From: Kofleriaceae bacterium
GTDB taxonomy: Bacteria; Myxococcota_A; Polyangia; Haliangiales; Haliangiaceae
NCBI GenBank assembly: GCA_035546475.1
Contig: DASZXE010000335.1
Location: forward strand, 1 to 56,177
DNA: 56,177 bases
Reading direction: 5' to 3'
Each line of letters starts with the position of its first letter. Positions within the stretch are counted from its first letter, which is position 1. Positions 1-6,656 of this stretch are shown piece after piece. The notes below the pieces were generated by a model, which had not been told where the DNA came from, did not search any database, and saw only the letters and a list, made by a program, of their open reading frames with translations. Position numbers and translations under genes: made by a program.

Positions 1-408
1 CTGCTGGCGCGGCGCGAGCACCGCGCCCTCCCCGGCCAGCGCCGCGTGCCCGCGCTCGGTCAGGCGGATCACCGTCGTCGTCGCGCCGCTCGTCCCCGCC
101 GGCACCACGAGCCGCAGCGCCTCGCCCGGCGGCGCCTCGTAGTAGTCGGCGACCCACAGCGCGAGCGCGACCAGCTCCGGCGGCACCCGCGCGCCGCCGA
201 CCGCCGCGACGTCCGCCAGCTCGATCGCGGTGGCGGGCGGGGGCGCCGGCGCCAGCGTGACGACGCCCGGCACCTTGCGGCCCGCGAACGGGACCAGCAC
301 GCGCGCGCCGACGCCGATCGCGCCCGCCATCACCGGCGGCACCCGGTACGTGAACAGGCCGGCGACCGGCAGCGCGACCGCGACCTCGCAGTGGCGCGCG
401 ACGTCCAT
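1..408 (-). CDS. priA: Primosomal protein N' (PriA), N-terminal fragment continuing past the left edge
   Basis: Edge-truncated, so absent from the ORF track. My reverse-strand reading from ATG (408-406) gives MDVARHCEVAVALPVAGLFTYRVPPVMAGAIGVGARVLVPFAGRKVPGVV... This fits the PriA N-terminal pattern (V.V.LP....FTY.VP......G.RV.VPFG.R...GVV). The start lies 2 nt after the galU stop. Confidence 0.6.
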   Translation of the reverse strand, partial: MDVARHCEVAVALPVAGLFTYRVPPVMAGAIGVGARVLVPFAGRKVPGVVTLAPAPPPATAIELADVAAVGGARVPPELVALALWVADYYEAPPGEALRLVVPAGTSGATTTVIRLTERGHAALAGEGAVLAPRQQ

Positions 409-410
409 CG

Positions 411-1304
<894 letters not shown>

Positions 1305-1338
1305 GGTGATTCGCTACTCTACACGCCCCCCCTGAGAA

Positions 1339-1694
1339 CGCCCGCCGCCCCGCCCTTCCCGTGCCGCCGGGAGCGCGACGTCGGAGGCAGCGGGTAGGCT
1401 CCGCTGGTGGGAACGCTCGCCGTTCCGCCGGGAGCGCGACGTCGGAGGCAGCGGGGAGGCTCCGCTGGTGGAACGCTCGCTGCCGTTCCGCCGGGTGCGC
1501 GACGTCGGAGGCAGCGGGGAGGCTCGGCTCGTGGAACGCTCGCTGGCCGCTCGCCGCCGTTCCGCCGTGACCGCGACGCCGCAGGCCGCGGGTAGGCCTC
1601 GGCTCGTCGACGCCCGCCGCCCCGCCCTCCCGTTCCGCCGGGAACGCGACGTCGGAGGCAGCGGGTAGGCTCGGCTGGTGGAACGCTCGCTGCC
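1339..1694. repeat. Tandem array of 5 units (61-74 bp) filling the galU/flhB-like divergent intergenic region
   Basis: The anchor CCGCCGGG/CCGCCGTG recurs at 1364, 1425, 1488, 1562 and 1635. Unit consensus is GTTCCGCCGGGAGCGCGACGTCGGAGGCAGCGGGGAGGCTCCGCTGGTGGAACGCTCGCTGCC. First and last units also share the prefix CGCCCGCCGCCCCGCCCT(T)CCC. The last unit contains the GTG start (1678) and first codons of the downstream CDS. Confidence 0.85.
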
Positions 1695-2664
1695 ACCGTC
1701 CGCGCGGCGCCTCGAGCTGGCGCGTCGCGCCGGCGTCGTGCTCACGAGCCCGGCGGTGGTGGCGGCCGTGGCGCTGGCGGTGGGCGTGGCCGCCGCGGTG
1801 GCCGCGATCGGCGTGGTCGGCGCGTCCGTCGCCTCGTTCGCGCGCGATGGCTGGTCGCACGCGGCCGAGCGCGCACCGGTGTCGCGCGCGCTCGACGTCG
1901 ATGGCGCGAGGCTGGTCGGCCGTGCCGCGGGGCTCGCCACGCCCGTCGTGCTGGCCGCGTGCGGCGCAGCGCTCCTCGCGACGGCCGTGATCGCTCGCGG
2001 CGTCGTCGTGCCGCGCCGCCGGATCCGCGGCGCCCCTCCGGCAGCGGACGACGCCGGCGCGCGTGCGACCGACGCGCTCGTCGCCCTCGTCCGCGTCGCC
2101 GCGATGGCAGCGGTCGCGGTCGGCTTCCTCGTCGATCGCCTCCCGGCGATCGCGGCCGTCGCGGGCGGCACCTCCGCCGACGTGCCGCTGCGCCTGCGCG
2201 ACCTCGCCGTCGGACTGGTCGCGCGCGTCGCGGTCGCCGCCGTGGCCGCCAGCGTCCTCGAGCTCGCCGTCCGCGCCGCCCGCCGGCGCGGGGCCCTGCG
2301 CATGACCGTGCGCGAGGCCCGCGACGAGCAACGCGAGACCGCCGGCGATCCGCACCTCCGCCGCCGCCAGGGCGACGCCTCTCGCGCCGACGTCCGCGCG
2401 CGCATCGCCGACGCGGTCGTCCTGCTCGTCGGCGACGACCGCGCCGTCGCGATCGGCTGGCAGCCGGGGCGCGATCCGCGCGTCCTCGCCCGCGGCGCCG
2501 GCGTCACCGCCCGCGCGCTCCGCGCCGCCGCGCGCGCTCGACGGGTCCCGCTCGCCTTCGCTCCCGCGCTGGCCGGTTCGCTCGACGCCACCGGTCCCGT
2601 CACCGCCAGCGATCAGCCCGCCCTCGCCTCCCTGCTCGCCGCCCTCTCCATCGGCCCGCGCTGA
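1678..2664 (+). CDS. flhB: FlhB/SctU-family export-apparatus switch protein (atypical, no NPTH motif)
   Basis: 328 aa. N-terminus ERSLPPSARRLELARRAGVV matches EKTE.PT.KKL..AR.KGQV. Four hydrophobic segments follow, then the linker MTVREARDEQRETAGDPHLRRRQ (family M...E.K.E.KE.EGDP..K.R.R). The C-domain reads AVAIGW..GRDPRVLARGAG..A..LR..A....VPL. GTG start, weak SD. Confidence 0.8.
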   Translation: MERSLPPSARRLELARRAGVVLTSPAVVAAVALAVGVAAAVAAIGVVGASVASFARDGWSHAAERAPVSRALDVDGARLVGRAAGLATPVVLAACGAALLATAVIARGVVVPRRRIRGAPPAADDAGARATDALVALVRVAAMAAVAVGFLVDRLPAIAAVAGGTSADVPLRLRDLAVGLVARVAVAAVAASVLELAVRAARRRGALRMTVREARDEQRETAGDPHLRRRQGDASRADVRARIADAVVLLVGDDRAVAIGWQPGRDPRVLARGAGVTARALRAAARARRVPLAFAPALAGSLDATGPVTASDQPALASLLAALSIGPR

Positions 2665-2817
2665 AGGAGTTTCGCGGCGTCGACGCCGGGAGCGCCCGCC
2701 CTGCGCGGCGCGTGCGCGCGCTGTTGCGGTGGCAGCCAATCCCCGGGTGCGCGCCCGCCCGCCCGCGCGAAGGCGACGCGCGATCGGCGCCGAGCTTCCC
2801 GCGATGGTCGGCGACGC

Positions 2818-2865
2818 CCGAGCCTCGGCTGGCGCGTCGATCGCGCGCCAGCGCTCGAGGCTCGG
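2818..2865. terminator. Imperfect long hairpin between convergent flhB-like and fliR-like genes (candidate bidirectional terminator)
   Basis: CCCGAGCCTCGGCTGGCGCG-tcgat-CGCGCGCCAGCGCTCGAGGCTCGG. Core arms CTGGCGCG/CGCGCCAG and outer arms CCGAGCCTCGG/CTCGAGGCTCGG. No flanking T-tract. Confidence 0.3.
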
Positions 2866-2972
2866 CCGGCCGCGACCGTTCACGAAGGAGGCCACCGCCG
2901 AGGTTCATGCGGCCGGCCGTCCGCCGAGGCGTTCCTTGTCGCGGTGCTGCGCGTCCCGGTCGGCCCGCGCGA

Positions 2973-3725
2973 TCAACGGCCCGCGAGGCGAGCAATCGCG
3001 GCTGCGAGCGTGGCGGGGAGCGCGCGCGTGTCGCCCGCGACGGCGATCGCGATGGCCATGATCGCGGCCGCGGCGGCGAGCAGGATCGCGAGCCGTCGCA
3101 CGGCGGCCTCCGGCGCGACCGAGGTCGCCAGGCCGGCGGCGCGCTCGATGACGGCCGCCGCCAGCGCGACCAGCACGGCGGTCACCAGCAGCGGCGCGGC
3201 GAGGACGAGCGCGGAGCCCAGGATCGCGGCGCCGGCGTCGACGACCGAGCCGGCCAGCGCGGCCTCCCCGGCGCCGCCCACGGGCAGCGCGCGATACGAC
3301 AGCCCGACGGCCGACACCGCCGCCAGGTGCCCGCCGATCCCGAAGAAGACCACCGCGGCGAGGAGCCCGAGGCCGATGCCCCACGGCGAGCCTCGGTCGT
3401 CGTCGCCGCTCACTGCCGCCAGCCACCCGCCCGCCGCCGACGCCGCGAGCAGCGGCACGGCCGCGGTGACCCCGAGCGCGACGCCGATCAGCAGCTCGCG
3501 CGCGAGGACGATCAGGCGCCCGGCCATCGACGCCGCACGCAGCGCGGCCGCGGCGTCGCCGAGCCCGCCGGCGACGAGCGCCGCCACCACCAGCGCGATC
3601 GCCACCTGCGCCGTCCGCGGCAGCGGCAGCCCGGCCGCCGCCGGCGCGATCAGCACGAGCGGGCCCACGCGCGCCGCGGCGAGCAGCAGGCCCCAGGCAG
3701 TCAGCCCGCCCGCGGCCCCCGTCAC
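2973..3725 (-). CDS. fliR: FliR/SctT-family export-gate membrane protein
   Basis: 250-aa polytopic hydrophobic ORF of FliR size. It lies immediately downstream of the fliQ-like gene in the canonical P-Q-R order. Confidence 0.7.
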   Translation of the reverse strand: MTGAAGGLTAWGLLLAAARVGPLVLIAPAAAGLPLPRTAQVAIALVVAALVAGGLGDAAAALRAASMAGRLIVLARELLIGVALGVTAAVPLLAASAAGGWLAAVSGDDDRGSPWGIGLGLLAAVVFFGIGGHLAAVSAVGLSYRALPVGGAGEAALAGSVVDAGAAILGSALVLAAPLLVTAVLVALAAAVIERAAGLATSVAPEAAVRRLAILLAAAAAIMAIAIAVAGDTRALPATLAAAIARLAGR

Positions 3726-3746
3726 GCTGCGCCTTCGCCGCGCACG

Positions 3747-4019
3747 CTATCCGCCGCCTGCCGCCGGCACGAGCGCCATCACGTGAGCGGCGAACGCGAC
3801 GAGCTGATGCGCGACCAGCGGCGCGCTCACCACGACCGCGATCGCGACCGCGACCAGCCGCGGCGCGAGGCCGATCGACGGGTCGCGCGCCTGGGTGACG
3901 GCGCCGATGACCGCGGTGAGCGCGCCCGCGACGAGCCCCGCGAGCACGATCGGCGCGGCGAGCACGAGCGCCAGCAGGAGGCCATCCCGCGCGAGCGCGA
4001 CGAGCGCGGTCGTCGTCAC
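3747..4019 (-). CDS. fliQ: FliQ/SctS-family export-gate membrane protein
   Basis: 90 aa with two hydrophobic helices. The loop GAVTQARDPSIGLAPRLVAV corresponds to the family loop QA.TQIQE.TL.F.PKL.AV. Start overlaps the fliP-like stop (4016-4019). Confidence 0.75.
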   Translation of the reverse strand: MTTTALVALARDGLLLALVLAAPIVLAGLVAGALTAVIGAVTQARDPSIGLAPRLVAVAIAVVVSAPLVAHQLVAFAAHVMALVPAAGGG

Positions 4020-4855
4020 GCGTACCCCCGGATCAGGCCTTCGACCAGCAGCCGCCAGCCATCGACGGCGACGAAGAGCAGCAGCTTGAGCGGCAGCGAC
4101 ACCGCCGCCGGCGACACCGTCGTCAGCCCTGCAGACGAGAGTCCGATGCCGACGACCAGGTCGAGCACGAGGAACGGCAGGAACACCAGGAACGCGATCG
4201 CGAAGGCCTCGGTCAGCTCGCTCGTCACGAACGCCGCCGAGAGCACCAGCAGATCGTCCTCGGCGACGTCGGGCCCGCGGAGCTGCCGCGCCAGCGCAAC
4301 GAACGCGGCGCGGTCACCCGCGTGCGCGTGCCGCACGAGGAACGCGCGCACCGGCCCTTCCGCCCGCTCGGCCGCCACCGTCCAGCCCGCCAGGTCGTGC
4401 GGCAGCTCGCGTCCCGCCAGCGGGTCGCTCCCCGCACCTCCGCCCGCCGCCCCCGTCGGCACGTCCGCGGCCGTCCCGCCCGTCGCCGCCGCCCCGCCAC
4501 CCGACTGCGCCGCCGTCCCCGGAGCGCTGCCCGTCGCAGGCATCGTGTCACCCGGCGTCGGCGGCACGACCGCGCGACCCGGACCCGGCGGCAGCGCTCC
4601 ACGCAGCCTCGCCGGCGCGGTCGCGGTCACCGGCGCCACCGCATCGAGCACCTGCTCGCCGACCGGCGCCATCACGAACACGGTGACCAGCAGCGCCAGC
4701 CCGGTCACGACGATCCCCGGGGGCGCCTGCGGTGCCCCCAGCGCGTTGCGCAAGAGCGCCAGCACCACCGACGTCTTCACGAACGCCGAAAGCATCAGGG
4801 CCACGACCGGCACGATCGCGACCGCGGCGATCACCGCCACTCCTTCGAGCGTCAC
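4016..4855 (-). CDS. fliP: FliP/SctR-family export-gate membrane protein with a low-complexity insertion
   Basis: In-frame GTG at 4855 overlaps the upstream stop (GTGA). Family motifs present: SAFVKTSVVLALLRNALGAPQAPPGIVVTGLALLVTVFVMAPV and VTSELTEAFAIAFLVFLPFLVLDLVV...LPLKLLLFVAVDGW. The ORF-track N-terminus (to 5284) is Arg-rich read-through and was trimmed. Confidence 0.85.
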   Translation of the reverse strand: MTLEGVAVIAAVAIVPVVALMLSAFVKTSVVLALLRNALGAPQAPPGIVVTGLALLVTVFVMAPVGEQVLDAVAPVTATAPARLRGALPPGPGRAVVPPTPGDTMPATGSAPGTAAQSGGGAAATGGTAADVPTGAAGGGAGSDPLAGRELPHDLAGWTVAAERAEGPVRAFLVRHAHAGDRAAFVALARQLRGPDVAEDDLLVLSAAFVTSELTEAFAIAFLVFLPFLVLDLVVGIGLSSAGLTTVSPAAVSLPLKLLLFVAVDGWRLLVEGLIRGYA

Positions 4856-5268
4856 GCCGTTGGCTCCTCGCTCGCCCCGGCACCCGCCTCCGTCGCCGGC
4901 CCGCGCCGCCCGCTCCCCCGCCGCGCGAGCGCGTGCGCCACCAGCGCCGCGAACCCTCCGCGCGGCGCCGGCTCCTCCGGCAGCGCTTCTGCCTCGATCT
5001 CCGACAGCAGCTGGATCCCGCCCTCGGACGACCCGACCAGCAGCGTCCGCCCCCCGACCTCGACGACGTACAGCGCGCGCCGCGGCTCCAGCGGCAAGCG
5101 CCCGCGCACCCGGATCACCCCGTCGTCGCCGCCGCGTCCGCCGAGCCAGCGCCGCCCGTAGCGGGCCACCACGATGACCACCACGCAGACCAGCACCAGT
5201 ACGAGCAGCGACGTCAGCGCCAGCTCGCCATAGCCTCCCGCCGCCGGCGCGGCTTGCCCTGGATGCAT
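4852..5268 (-). CDS. fliO: FliO-like small membrane protein
   Basis: Taken from ATG 5268 (MHPGQAAP...). It has a single TM (LALTSLLVLVLVCVVVIVVA) followed by VIRVRGRLPLEPRRALYVVEVGGRTLLVGSSEGGIQLL. That matches the FliO pattern (L.V.....L......L.LVEVG.R.LLLGV.....LL). Position is directly upstream of the fliP-like gene. Start uncertain. Confidence 0.5.
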   Translation of the reverse strand: MHPGQAAPAAGGYGELALTSLLVLVLVCVVVIVVARYGRRWLGGRGGDDGVIRVRGRLPLEPRRALYVVEVGGRTLLVGSSEGGIQLLSEIEAEALPEEPAPRGGFAALVAHALARRGSGRRGPATEAGAGASEEPTA

Positions 5269-5843
5269 GGGGCCAGCAAACCACCTACCCCTGACAGCGA
5301 CCGCCGATCGGCGGCCGACCGGTCGGCGGGACGTCTGCGGAGCGTGGCCCGGACGTGGACGAAGGCGATCGCGCAGCCATGGGCCTTTGCGCTCGGTCCC
5401 CCCATGGTCCGAAGGGGAGGTGGCGCAAGAAAGGGCTGAAGAACGACCCGGAGCGGGTTCGCCTGGAAATGCCGGCCCGGTGACACGCCGACCGCGAATT
5501 CCGCCACGGCACGACGATGACGGACATCGAACGGGCGGCCGAGCGACTCGAGGCCGAAACCGGCGGACCGTCGATCGGCTCGACGCTGGGGCGGATGAAG
5601 CCGGAGAAGCCGGCGCCCGAGGCGGTGCCCGCGGCGTCGCCGATGGCCGCAGCGAGCGCGCCGCCCGCCGGCGCCGCCACCGTCCACGCCAGCACCCGGC
5701 GCGCCCGCGGCGACCCGCACGCGCCACGGCCACGGGACCGCGAGCAGACGTTCAGCCACGCGCGGCAGGGCCGCCGCGACGTCGAACCAGCCGCCCCGAT
5801 GGCCTCGGACCGCTCTCCCACCGATCTCCGCGGTGCCGCGAGC

Positions 5844-6656
5844 CTACTCTGCGGTCCAGCTCGGCAACTCCGCCGCCCCTGCCGCGCGCCGACCGTGCAG
5901 ATCGAACAGCGGCGGATTCGTCTCCCCGTCGGCGTCGCGGGCGCAGCGGAACGCGGCGTGCGTGATCATGATCCGGCCGGGGACCTCGCCGTTGCTCCCC
6001 CCCCAGGTCGCCCAGTTGTCGCCCCGGATCATGCCGAGGGGATACGCAAGGTTCAGAGCGTCCGAGTCGTCGCTGCGCTCCATCACCCACTGGGCGTTGT
6101 GGTCGATGGCGCGCGCGCCGGCGGGTCCCTTGTAAGTCAGGCAGCGCAGCGAGAACAGCTCTCGGTCGTCGCAAGGAGTGCGGGCATTGCCCCATGGATG
6201 CGTCCGACCGTCGGTGCCGCGGGCCACCCGCTCGAACTCGTCGGCGGTCGGCAGCCGTGCGCCGCGCCAGCGACAGTACGCCTGCGCCTGCTCGTGACGG
6301 ACCTTGGCGAGCCGGTTGTAGTACTCGGCGGCGCTCGACTGGAAGCCGCCCAGCTGAAACGGTTCCCGCGGAGGTTCCACGTCATCGACGCAGGCGCCCG
6401 CGCGGACGCAGCGTGCATACTCGTCGCGCGTCACCAGGTTGCGGTCGATGTAGAACGCATGGAGCGTGACGATGGCACGCCGCTCTCGCACGCCGTCGCA
6501 TCCCACATCATGCGGCTCGTAGGGCGTGCAGTTGGCACCCGCCCGGAACGGACCGGCGGGCACCAGCACCTCCTGCGACTCGGCGACCGCTGCTCCGCGG
6601 CTGCCGCAGCCGATCAACGCCAGCAGCGCGACCACGATCGTGATCTTGTTCGTCAT
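5844..6656 (-). CDS. Formylglycine-generating-enzyme (FGE/SUMF1)-domain lipoprotein
   Basis: 270 aa. Lipoprotein signal MTNKITIVVALLALIGC. FGE-sulfatase motifs: FYIDRNLVTRDEYARCVRAGAC and YCRWRGARLPTADEFERVARGTDGRTHPWGN. Start overlaps the upstream stop (ATGA at 6653-6656). Confidence 0.8.
   Translation of the reverse strand: MTNKITIVVALLALIGCGSRGAAVAESQEVLVPAGPFRAGANCTPYEPHDVGCDGVRERRAIVTLHAFYIDRNLVTRDEYARCVRAGACVDDVEPPREPFQLGGFQSSAAEYYNRLAKVRHEQAQAYCRWRGARLPTADEFERVARGTDGRTHPWGNARTPCDDRELFSLRCLTYKGPAGARAIDHNAQWVMERSDDSDALNLAYPLGMIRGDNWATWGGSNGEVPGRIMITHAAFRCARDADGETNPPLFDLHGRRAAGAAELPSWTAE

Noticed and set aside
1959-5177. 1072-aa plus-strand ORF, together with similar giants: 23683..26301 +, 27781..30183 +, 33250..35955 +, 37896..42824 +, 50168..52786 -, 54104..55768 -, 1314..2603 - and 33356..36475 -.
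   Set aside because: Their translations are Arg/Ala/Pro/Gly-rich low-complexity sequence. Each lies antisense to, or out of frame with, unambiguous conserved genes (export gate, r-proteins, EF-G, rpoB/C, Ddl-like, NtrC-like). Long stop-free alternative frames are expected in DNA this GC-rich.
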